Source: Eledone cirrhosa (Eukaryota). From it: a stretch of 64,000 nt of DNA. Position numbers and translations under genes: made by a program. The notes beneath the pieces are model-generated. The model made no database searches, was not told where the DNA came from, and saw nothing but the letters and a program-made list of their open reading frames with translations. Location: the NCBI GenBank assembly GCA_964016885.1, contig OZ024744.1, positions 1,426,001-1,490,000 on the forward strand. The letters are read 5' to 3'. Of the stretch, positions 27,691 to 40,099 are shown in pieces; within the stretch, counting starts at the first letter, position 1; every line of letters begins with the position of its first letter.

Positions 27691-30600
27691 TTTCTCTACC
27701 TTGTCTTCACACAAAACTTCGTTCTTCACCAAGCTATCTTTCTCTACCTTGTCTTCCCACAAAACGTCATTCTTCACCAAGCTATCTTTCTCTACCTTGT
27801 CTTCCGTCAAAACTTCGTTCTTCACCAAGATATCTTTCTCTACCTTGTCTTCTCCCAAAACTTCGTTCTTCACCAAGCTATCTTTCTCTACCTTGTCTTC
27901 CCTCAGAACTTCGTTCTTCACCAAGCTATCTTTCTCCACCTTGTCTTCCCCCAAAACTTCGTTCTTCACCAAGCTATCTTTCTCTACCTTGTCTTTCATC
28001 AAAACGTCGTTCTTCACCAAGCTCTCTTTCTCTACCTTGTCTTCCCCCAAAACTTCGTTCTTCACCAAGCTATCTTTCTCTACCTTGTCTTCCCCCAAAA
28101 CTTCGTTCTTCACCAAGCTATCTTTTTCTACCTTGTCTTCCCTCAAAACATCGTTCTTCACCAAGCTATCTTTCTCTACCTTGTCTTCCCTCAAAACTCC
28201 GTTCTTCACCAAGCTATCTTTCTCTACCTTGTCTTCCCCCAAAACTTCGTTCTTCACCAAGCTATCTTTCTCTACCTTGTCTTCTCCCAAAACTTCGTTA
28301 TTCACCAAGCTATCTTTCTCTACCTTGTCTTCCCTCAAAACTTCGTTCTTCACCAAGCTATCTTTCTCTACCTTGTCTTCCCCCAAAACTTCGTTCTTCA
28401 CCAAGTCATCTTTCTCTACCTTGTCATCCCTCAAAAATTTGTTCTTCACCAATCTATCTTTCTCTACCTTATCTTCCCCCAAAACTTCGTTCTTCACCAA
28501 GCTATCTTTCTCTAGCTTGTCTTCACACAAAACTTCGTTCTTCACCAAGATATCTTTCTCTACCTTGTCTTCTCCCAAAACTTCGTTCTTCACCAAGCTA
28601 TCTTTCTCTACCTTGCCTTCTCTCAGAACTTCGTTCTTCAACAAGCTATCTTTCTCTACTTTGTCTTCCCCCAAAACTTCGTTCTTCACCAAGCTATCTT
28701 TCTCTACCTTGTCTTCCCCCAAAACTTCGTTCTTCACCAAGCTATCTTTCTCTACCTTGTCTTCCCACAAAACTTCGTTCTTCACCAATCTATCTTTCTC
28801 TACCTTGTCTTCCCACAAAACCTCGTTCTTCACCAAGCTATCTTTCTCTACCTTGTCTTCCCACAAAACGTCATTCTTCACCAAGCTATCTTTCTCTACC
28901 TTGCCTTCCGTCAAAACTTCGTTCTTCACCAAGATATCTTTCTCTACCTTGTCTTCTCCCAAAACTTCGTTCTTCACCAAGCTATCTTTCTCTACCTTGT
29001 CTTCCCTCAAACCTTCGTTCTTCACCAAGCTATCTTTCTCTACCTTGTCTTCCCCCAAAACTTCGTTCTTCACCAAGCTATCTTTCTCTACATTGTCTTC
29101 CCCAAAACTTCGTTCTTCACCAAGCTATCTTTCTCTACCTTGTCTTCCCCCAAAACTTTCTTGTTCACCAAGCTATCTTTCTCTACCTCGTCTTCCCCCA
29201 AAACTTCGTTCTTCACCAAGCTATCTTTCTCTACCTTGTCTTCCCCCAAAACTTCGTTCTTCACCAAGCTATCTTTCTCTACCTTGTCTTCCCACAAAAC
29301 TTCGTTCTTCACCAAGCTATCTTTCTCTACCTTGTCTTCCCACACAACGTCGTTCTTCACCAAGCTATCTTTCTCTACTTTGTCTTCCCTCAAAACTTCG
29401 TCCTTCACCAAGCTATCTTTCTCTACCTTGCCTTCCCCCAAAACTTCGTTCTTCACCAAGCTATCTTTCTCTACCTTGTCTTCCCTCAAAACTTCGTTCT
29501 TCACCAAGCTATCTTTTTCGACCTTGTCTTCCCCCAAAACTTCGTTATTCACCAAGCTATCTTTCTCTACCTCGTCTTCCCCCAAAACTTCGTTCTTCAC
29601 CAAGCTATCTTTCTCTACCTTGTCTTCCCCCAAAACTTCGTTCTTCACCAAGCTATCTTTCACGACCTTGTCTTCCCTCAAAACGTCGTTCTTCACCAAG
29701 CTATCTTTCTCTACCTTGTCTTCCCCCAAAACTTCGTTCTTCACCAAGCTATCTTTCTCTACCTTGTCTTCCCCCAAAACTTCGTTCTTCACCAAGCTAT
29801 CTTTCTCTACCTCGTCTTCCCTCAAAACTTCGTTCTTCACCAAGCTATCTTTCTCTACCTTGTCTTCCCCCAAAACTTTGTTCTTCACCAAGCTATCTTT
29901 CTCTACCTTGTCTTCCCCCAAAACTTCGTTCTTCACCAAGCTATCTTTCTCTACCTTGTCTTCCCCTAAAACTTCGTTCTTCACCAAGCTATCTTTCTCT
30001 AGCTTGTCTTCATACAAAACTTCGTTCTTCACCAAGCTATCTTTCTCTACCTTGTCTTCCCCCAAAACTTCGTTCTTCACCAAGCTATCTTTCTCTACCT
30101 TGTCTTCCCCTAAAACTTCGTTCTTCACCAAGCTATCTTTCTCTAGCTTGTCTTCATACAAAACTTCGTTCTTCACCAAGCTATCTTTCTCTACCTTGTC
30201 TTCCCACAAAACGTCATTCTTCACCAAGCTATCTTTCTCTACCTTGTCTTCCGTCAAAACTTCGTTCTTCACCAAGCTATCTTTCTCTAACTTGTCTTCC
30301 CTCAAAACGTCGTTCTTCACCAAGCTATCTTTCTCTACCTTGTCTTCCCCCAAAACTTCGTTCTTCACCAAGCTATCTTTCTCTACCTTGTCTTCCCCCA
30401 AAACTTCGTTCTTCGCAAGCTATCTTTCTCTACCTTGCCTTCCCCCAAAACTTCGTTCTTCACCAAGCTATCTTTCTCTACCTTGTCTTCCCACAAAACG
30501 TCGTTCTTCACCAAGCTATCTTTCTCTACCTTGTCTTCCCTCAAAACGTCGTTCTTCACCAAGCTATCTTTCTCTACCTTGTCTTCCCTCAAAACATCGT

Positions 30601-33600
30601 TCTTCACCAAGCTATCTTTCTCTACCTTGTCTTCTCCCAAAACTTCGTTATTCACCAAGCTATCTTTCTCTACCTTGTCTTCCCTCAAAACTTCGTTCTT
30701 CACCAAGCTATCTTTCTCTACCTTGTCTTCCCCCAAAACTTCGTTCTTCACCAAGCTATCTTTCTCTACCTTGTCTTCCCCCAAAACTTCGTTCTTCACC
30801 AAGCTATCTTTCTCTAGCTTGTCTTCACACAAAACTTCGTTCTTCACCAAGCTATCTTTCTCTACCTTGTCTTCCCACAAAACGTCATTCTTCACCAAGC
30901 TATCTTTCTCTACCTTGTCTTCCGTCGAAACTTCGTTCTTCACCAAGATATCTTTCTCTACCTTGTTTTCTCCCAAAACTTCGTTCTTCACCAAGCTATC
31001 TTTCTCTACCTTGTCTTCCCTCAGAACTTCGTTCTTCACCAAGCTATCTTTCACGACCTTGTCTTCCCTCAAAACGTCGTTCTTCACCAAGCTATCTTTC
31101 TCTACCTTGTCTTCCCCCAAAACTTCGTTCTTCACCAAGCTATCTTTCTCTACCTCGTCTTCCCTCAAAACTTCGTTCTTCACCAAGCTATCTTTCTCTA
31201 CCTTGTCTTCCCCCAAAACTTTGTTCTTCACCAAGCTATCTTTCTCTACCTTGTCTTCCCCCAAAACTTCGTTCTTCACCAAGCTATCTTTCTCTACCTT
31301 GTCTTCCCCTAAAACTTCGTTCTTCACCAAGCTATCTTTCTCTAGCTTGTCTTCATACAAAACTTCGTTCTTCACCAAGCTATCTTTCTCTACCTTGTCT
31401 TCCCCCAAAACTTCGTTCTTCACCAAGCTATCTTTCTCTACCTTGTCTTCCCCTAAAACTTCGTTCTTCACCAAGCTATCTTTCTCTAACTTGTCTTCCC
31501 TCAAAACGTCGTTCTTCACCAAGCTATCTTTCTCTACCTTGTCTTCCCCCAAAACTTCGTTCTTCACCAAGCTATCTTTCTCTACCTTGTCTTCCCCCAA
31601 AACTTCGTTCTTCGCAAGCTATCTTTCTCTACCTTGTCTTCCCCCAAAACTTCGTTCTTCACCAAGCTATCTTTCTCTACCTTGTCTTCCCACAAAACGT
31701 CGTTCTTCACCAAGCTATCTTTCTCTACCTTGTCTTCCCTCAAAACGTCGTTCTTCACCAAGCTATCTTTCTCTACCTTGTCTTCCCTCAAAACATCGTT
31801 CTTCACCAAGCTATCTTTCTCTACCTTGACTTCTCCCAAAACTTCGTTATTCACCAAGCTATCTTTCTCTACCTTGTCTTCCCTCAAAACTTCGTTCTTC
31901 ACCAAGCTATCTTTCTCTACCTTGTCTTCCCCCAAAACTTCGTTCTTCACCAAGCTATCTTTCTCTACCTTGTCTTCCCCCAAAACTTCGTTCTTCACCA
32001 AGCTATCTTTCTCTAGCTTGTCTTCACACAACACTTCGTTCTTCACCAAGCTATCTTTCTCTACCTTGTCTTCCCACAAAACGTCATTCTTCACCAAGCT
32101 ATCTTTCTCTACCTTGTTTTCCGTCGAAACTTCGTTCTTCACCAAGATATCTTTCTCTACCTTGTTTTCTCCCAAAACTTCGTTCTTCACCAAGCTATCT
32201 TTCTCTACCTTGTCTTCCCTCAGAACTTCGTTCTTCACCAAGCTATCTTTCTCTACCTTGTCTTCCCTCAAAACGTCGTTCTTCACCAAGCTATCTTTCT
32301 CTACCTTGTCTTCCCTCAAAACATCGTTCTTCACCAAGCTATCTTTCTCTACCTTGTCTTCTCCCAAAACTTCGTTATTCACCAAGCTATCTTTCTCTAC
32401 CTTGTCTTCTCCCAAAACTTCGTTCTTCACCAAGCTATCTTTCTCTACCTTGTCTTCCCCCAAAACTTCGTTCTTCACCAAGCTATCTTTCTCTACCTTG
32501 TCTTCCCCCCAAAACTTCTTTCTACACCAAGTCATCTTTCTCTACCTTGTCATCCCTCAAAACTTCGTTCTTCACCAATCTATCTTTCTCTGCCTTGTCT
32601 TCCCCCAAAACTTCGTTCTTCACCAAGCTATCTTTCTCTACCTTGTCTTCACACAAAACTTCGTTCTTCACCAAGCTATCTTTCTCTACCTTGTCTTCCC
32701 ACAATACGTCATTCTTCACCAAGCTATCTTTCTCTACCTTGTCTTCCGTCAAAACTTCGTTCTTCACCAAGATATCTTTCTCTACCTTGTCTTCTCCCAA
32801 AACTTCGTTCTTCACCAAGCTATCTTTCTCTACCTTGTCTTCCCTCAGAACTTCGTTCTTCACCAAGCTATCTTTCTCTACCTTGTCTTCCCCCCAAACT
32901 TCGTTCTTCACCAAGCTATCTTTCTCTACCTTGTCTTTCATCAAAACGTCGTTCTTCACCAAGCTCTCTTTTTCTACCTTGTCTTCCCTCAAAACATCGT
33001 TCTTCACCAAGCTATCTTTCTCTACCTTGTCTTCCCTCAAAACTTCGTTCTTCACCAAGCTATCTTTCTCTACCTTGTCTTCCCCCAAAACTTCGTTCTT
33101 CACCAAGCTATCTTTCTCTACCTTGTCTTCTCCCAAAACTTCGTTATTCACCAAGCTATCTTTCTCTACTTTGTCTTCCCTCAAAACTTCGTTCTTCACC
33201 AAGCTATCTTTCTCTACCTTGTCTTCCCCCAAAACTTCGTTCTTCACCAAGTCATCTTTCTCTACCTTGTCATCCCTCAAAACTTTGTTCTTCACCAATC
33301 TATCTTTCTCTACCTTGTCTTCCCCCAAAACTTCGTTCTTCACCAAGCTATCTTTCTCTAGCTTGTCTTCAGACAACACTTCGTTCTTTACCAAGATATC
33401 TTTCTCTACCTTGTCTTCTCCCAAAACTTCGTTCTTCACCAAGCTATCTTTCTCTACCTTGTCTTCCCTCAAAACTTCGTTCTTCACCAAGCTATCTTTC
33501 TCTACCTTGTCTTCTCCCAAAACTTCGTTATTCACCAAGCTATCTTTCTCTACTTTGTCTTCCCTCAAAACTTCGTTCTTCACCAAGCTATCTTTCTCTA

Positions 33601-36600
33601 CCTTGTCTTCCCCCAAAACTTCGTTCTTCACCAAGTCATCTTTCTCTACCTTGTCATCCCTCAAAACTTTGTTCTTCACCAATCTATCTTTCTCTACCTT
33701 GTCTTCCCCCAAAACTTCGTTCTTCACCAAGCTATCTTTCTCTAGCTTGTCTTCAGACAACACTTCGTTCTTCACCAAGCTATCTTTCTCTACCTTGTCT
33801 TCCCCCAAAACTTCGTTCTTCACCAAGCTATCTTTCTCTACATTGTCTTCCCCAAAACTTCGTTCTTCACCAAGCTATCTTTCTCTACCTTGTCTCCCCT
33901 CAAAAAGTCGTTCTTCACCAAGCTATCTTTCTCTACCTTGTCTTCCCCCAAAACTTCGTTCTTCACCAAGCTATCTTTCTCTACCTTGTCTTCCCACAAA
34001 ACTTCGTTCTTTACCAAGCTATCTTTCTCTACCTTGTCTTCCCACAAAACGTCGTTCTTCACCAAGCTATCTTTCTCTACCTTGTCTTCCCACAAAACGT
34101 CGTTCTTCACCAAGCTATCTTTCTCTACCTTGTCTTCCGTCAAAACTTCGTTCTTCACCAAGATATCTTTCTCTACCTTGTCTACTCCCAAAACTTCGTT
34201 CTTCACCAAGCTATCTTTCTCTACCTTGTCTTCCCTCAAACCTTCGTTCTTCACCAAGCTATCTTTCTCTACCTTGTCTTCCCCCAAAACTTCGTTCTTC
34301 ACCAAGCTATCTTTCTCTACATTGTCTTCCCCAAAACTTCGTTCTTCACCAAGCTATCTTTCTCTACCTTGTCTTCCCCCAAAACTTCCTTGTTCACCAA
34401 GCTATCTTTCTCTACCTCGTCTTTCCCCAAAACTTCGTTCTTCACCAAGCTATCTTTCTCTACCTTGTCTTCCCCCAAAACTTCGTTCTTCACCAAGCTA
34501 TCTTTCTCTACCTTGTCTTCCCACAAAACTTCGTTCTTCACCAAGCTATCTTTCTCTACCTTGTCTTCCCACAAAACGTCGTTCTTCACCAAGCTATCTT
34601 TCTCTACTTTGTCTTCCCTCAAAACTTCGTTCTTCACCAAGCTATCTTTCTCTACCTTGTCTTCCCCCAAAACTTCGTTCTTCACCAAGCTATCTTTCTC
34701 TACCTTGTCTTCCCTCAAAACTTCGTTCTTCACCAAGCTATCTTTTTCGACCTTGTCTTCCCCCAAAACTTCGTTATTCACCAAGCTATCTTTCTCTACC
34801 TTGTCTTCCCTCAAAACTTCGTTCTTCACCAAGCTATCTTTCTCTACCTTGTCTTCCCACAAAACGTCATTCTTCACCAAGCTATCTTTCTCTACCTTGT
34901 CTTCCGTCAAAACTTCGTTCTTCACCAAGCTATCTTTCTCTACCTTGTCTTCCCTCAAAACGTCGTTCTTCACCAAGCTATCTTTCTCTACCTTGTCCTC
35001 CCACAAAACTTCGTTCTTCACCAAGCTATCTTTCTCTACCTTGTCTTCCCCCAAAACTTCGTTCTTCGCAAGCTATCTTTCTCTACCTTGTCTTCCGTCA
35101 AAACTTCGTTCTTCACCAAGATATCTTTCTCTACCTTGTCTTCCCACAAAACGTCGTTCTTCACCAAGCTATCTTTCTCTACCTTGTCTTCCCTCAGAAC
35201 TTCGTTCTTCACCAAGCTATCTTTCTCTACCTTGTCTTCCCCCAAAACTTCGTTCTTCACCAAGCTATCTTTCTCTACATTGTCTTCCCCAAAACTTCGT
35301 TCTTCACCAAGCTATCTTTATCTACATTGTCTTCCCCCAAAACTTCGTTCTTCACCAAGTCATCTTTCTCTACCTTGTCATCCCACAAAACGTCGTTCTT
35401 CACCAAGCTATCTTTCTCTATTTTGTCTTCCCTCAAAACGTGGTTCTTCACCAAGCTATCTTTCTCTACCTTGTCTTCCCTCAAAATTTCGTTCTTCACC
35501 AAGCTATCTTTCTCGACCTTGTCTTCTCCCAAAACTTCGTTATTCACCAAGCTATCTTTCTCTACCTTGTCTTCCCCCAAAACTTCGTTCTTCACCAAGC
35601 TATCTTTCTCTACCTTGTTTTCCCCCAAAACTTCGTTCTTCACCAAGTCATCTTTCTCTACCTTGTCATCCCTCAAAACTTTGTTCTTCACCAATCTATC
35701 TTTCTCTACCTTGTCTTCCCCCAAAACTTCGTTCTTCACCAAGCTATCTTTCTCTAGCTTGTCTTCACACAAAACTTCGTTCTTCACCAAGCTATCTTTC
35801 TCTACCTTGTCTTCCCACAAAACGTCATTCTTCACCAAGCTATCTTTCTCTACCTTGTCTTCCCTCAAAACGTCGTTCTTCACCAAGCTATCTTTCTCTA
35901 CCTTGTCTTCCCCAAAAAATTCGTTCTTCACCAAGCTATCTTTCCCTAGCTTGTCTTCACACAAAACTTCGTTCTTCACCAAGATATCTTTCTCTACCTT
36001 GTCTTCTCCCAAAACTTCGTTCTTCACCAAGCTATCTTTCTCTACCTTGCCTTCCCTCAGAACTTCGTTCTTCAACAAGCTATCTTTCTCTACCTTGTCT
36101 TCCCCCAAAACTTCGTTCTTCACCAAGCTATCTTTCTCTACCTTGTCTTCCCCCAAAACTTCGTTCTTCACCAAGCTATCTTTCTCTACCTTGTCTTCCC
36201 ACAAAACTTCGTTCTTCACCAAGCTATCTTTCTCTACCTTGTCTTCCCACAAAACGTCGTTCTTCACCAAGCTATCTTTCTCTACCTTGTCTTCCCACAA
36301 AACGTCATTCTTCACCAAGCTATCTTTCTCTAGCTTGTCTTCACACAAAACTTCGTTCTTCACCAAGATATCTTTCTCTACCTTGTCTTCTCCCAAAACT
36401 TCGTTCTTCACCAAGCTATCTTTCTCTACCTTGCCTTCCCTCAGAACTTCGTTCTTCAACAAGCTATCTTTCTCTACCTTGTCTTCCCCCAAAACTTCGT
36501 TCTTCACCAAGCTATCTTTCTCTACCTTGTCTTCCCCCAAAACTTCGTTCTTCACCAAGCTATCTTTCTCTACCTTGTCTTCCCACAAAACTTCGTTCTT

Positions 36601-39600
36601 CACCAAGCTATCTTTCTCTACCTTGTCTTCCCACAAAACGTCGTTCTTCACCAAGCTATCTTTCTCTACCTTGTCTTCCCACAAAACGTCATTCTTCACC
36701 AAGCTATCTTTCTCTACCTTGTCTTCCGTCAAAACTTCGTTCTTCACCAAGATATCTTTCTCTACCTTGTCTTCTCCCAAAACTTCGTTCTTCACCAAGC
36801 TATCTTTCTCTACCTTGTCTTCCCTCAAACCTTCGTTCTTCACCAAGCTATCTTTCTCTACCTTGTCTTCCCCCAAAACTTCGTTCTTCACCAAGCTATC
36901 TTTCTCTACATTGTCTTCCCCAAAACTTCGTTCTTCACCAAGCTATCTTTCTCTACCTTGTCTTCCCCCAAAACTTTCTTGTTCACCAAGCTATCTTTCT
37001 CTACCTCGTCTTCCCCCAAAACTTCGTTCTTCACCAAGCTATCTTTCTCTACATTGTCTTCCCCAAAACTTCGTTCTTCACCAAGCTATCTTTCTCTACC
37101 TTGTCTCCCCTCAAAAAGTCGTTCTTCACCAAGCTATCTTTCTCTACCTTGTCTTCCCCCAAAACTTCGTTCTTCACCAAGCTATCTTTCTCTACCTTGT
37201 CTTCCCACAAAACTTCGTTCTTCACCAAGCTATCTTTCTCTACCTTGTCTTCCCACAAAACGTCGTTCTTCACCAAGCTATCTTTCTCTACCTTGTCTTC
37301 CCACAAAACGTCATTCTTCACCAAGCTATCTTTCTCTACCTTGTCTTCCGTCAAAACTTCGTTCTTCACCAAGATATCTTTCTCTACCTTGTCTACTCCC
37401 AAAACTTCGTTCTTCACCAAGCTATCTTTCTCTACCTTGTCTTCCCTCAAACCTTCGTTCTTCACCAAGCTATCTTTCTCTACCTTGTCTTCCCCCAAAA
37501 CTTCGTTCTTCACCAAGCTATCTTTCTCTACATTGTCTTCCCCAAAACTTCGTTCTTCACCAAGCTATCTTTCTCTACCTTGTCTTCCCCCAAAACTTCC
37601 TTGTTCACCAAGCTATCTTTCTCTACCTCGTCTTCCCTCAAAACTTCGTTCTTCACCAAGCTATCTTTTTCGACCTTGTCTTCCCCCAAAACTTCGTTAT
37701 TCACCAAGCTATCTTTCTCTACCTTGTCTTCCCTCAAAACTTCGTTCTTCACCAAGCTATCTTTCTCTACCTTGTCTTCCCACAAAACGTCATTCTTCAC
37801 CAAGCTATCTTTCTCTACCTTGTCTTCCGTCAAACCTTCGTTCTTCACCAAGCTATCTTTCTCTACCTTGTCTTCCCTCAAAACGTCGTTCTTCACCAAG
37901 CTATCTTTCTCTACCTTGTCTTCCCCCAAAACTTCGTTCTTCGCAAGCTATCTTTCTCTACCTTGTCTTCCGTCAAAACTTCGTTCTTCACCAAGCTATC
38001 TTTCTCTACATTGTCTTCCCCAAAACTTCGTTCTTCACCAAGCTATCTTTATCTACATTGTCTTCCCCCAAAACTTCGTTCTTCACCAAGTCATCTTTCT
38101 CTACCTTGTCATCCCACAAAACGTCGTTCTTCACCAAGCTATCTTTCTCTATTTTGTCTTCCCTCAAAACGTGGTTCTTCACCAAGCTATCTTTCTCTAC
38201 CTTGTCTTCCCTCAAAATTTCGTTCTTCACCAAGCTATCTTTCTCGACCTTGTCTTCTCCCAAAACTTCGTTATTCACCAAGCTATCTTTCTCTACCTTG
38301 TCTTCCCCCAAAACTTCGTTCTTCACCAAGCTATCTTTCTCTACCTTGTTTTCCCCCAAAACTTCGTTCTTCACCAAGTCATCTTTCTCTACCTTGTCAT
38401 CCCTCAAAACTTTGTTCTTCACCAATCTATCTTTCTCTACCTTGTCTTCCCCCAAAACTTCGTTCTTCACCAAGCTATCTTTCTCTAGCTTGTCTTCACA
38501 CAAAACTTCGTTCTTCACCAAGCTATCTTTCTCTACCTTGTCTTCCCACAAAACGTCATTCTTCACCAAGCTATCTTTCTCTACCTTGTCTTCCCTCAAA
38601 ACGTCGTTCTTCACCAAGCTATCTTTCTCTACCTTGTCTTCCCCCAAAAATTCGTTCTTCACCAAGCTATCTTTCTCTAGCTTGTCTTCACACAAAACTT
38701 CGTTCTTCACCAAGATATCTTTCTCTACCTTGTCTTCTCCCAAAACTTCGTTCTTCACCAAGCTATCTTTCTCTACCTTGCCTTCCCTCAGAACTTCGTT
38801 CTTCAACAAGCTATCTTTCTCTACCTTGTCTTCCCCCAAAACTTCGTTCTTCACCAAGCTATCTTTCTCTACCTTGTCTTCCCCCAAAACTTCGTTCTTC
38901 ACCAAGCTATCTTTCTCTACCTTGTCTTCCCACAAAACTTCGTTCTTCACCAAGCTATCTTTCTCTACCTTGTCTTCCCACAAAACGTCGTTCTTCACCA
39001 AGCTATCTTTCTCTACCTTGTCTTCCCACAAAACGTCATTCTTCACCAAGCTATCTTTCTCTACCTTGTCTTCCGTCAAAACTTCGTTCTTCACCAAGAT
39101 ATCTTTCTCTACCTTGTCTTCTCCCAAAACTTCGTTCTTCACCAAGCTATCTTTCTCTACCTTGTCTTCCCTCAAACCTTCGTTCTTCACCAAGCTATCT
39201 TTCTCTACCTTGTCTTCCCCCAAAACTTCGTTCTTCACCAAGCTATCTTTCTCTACATTGTCTTCCCCAAAACTTCGTTCTTCACCAAGATATCTTTCTC
39301 TACCTTGTCTTCTCCCAAAACTTCGTTCTTCACCAAGCTATCTTTCTCTACCTTGTCTTCCCTCAAACCTTCGTTCTTCACCAAGCTATCTTTCTCTACC
39401 TTGTCTTCCCTCAAACCTTCGTTCTTCACCAAGCTATCTTTCTCTACCTTGTCTTCCCCCAAAACTTCGTTCTTCACCAAGCTATCTTTCTCTACATTGT
39501 CTTCCCCAAAACTTCGTTCTTCACCAAGCTATCTTTCTCTACCTTGTCTTCCCCCAAAACTTTCTTGTTCACCAAGCTATCTTTCTCTACCTCGTCTTCC

Positions 39601-40099
39601 CCCAAAACTTCGTTCTTCACCAAGCTATCTTTCTCTACCTTGTCTTCCCCCAAAACTTCGTTCTTCACCAAGCTATCTTTCTCTACCTTGTCTTCCCACA
39701 AAACTTCGTTCTTCACCAAGCTATCTTTCTCTACCTTGTCTTCCCACACAACGTCGTTCTTCACCAAGCTATCTTTCTCTACTTTGTCTTCCCTCAAAAC
39801 TTCGTTCTTCACCAAGCTATCTTTCTCTACCTTGTCTTCCCCCAAAACTTCGTTCTTCACCAAGCTATCTTTCTCTACCTTGTCTTCCCTCAAAACTTCG
39901 TTCTTCACCAAGCTATCTTTTTCGACCTTGTCTTCCCCCAAAACTTCGTTATTCACCAAGCTATCTTTCTCTACCTCGTCTTCCCCCAAAACTTCGTTCT
40001 TCACCAAGCTATCTTTCTCTACCTTGTCTTCCCCCAAAACTTCGTTCTTCACCAAGCTATCTTTCATGACCTTGTCTTCCCTCAAAACGTCGTTCTTCA

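Noticed and set aside
32505-32510. Singleton homopolymer length changes (C6 at 32505; C4 without the linked SNP at 23154)
   Set aside because: These are single occurrences in a C-run and cannot be distinguished from sequencing error.
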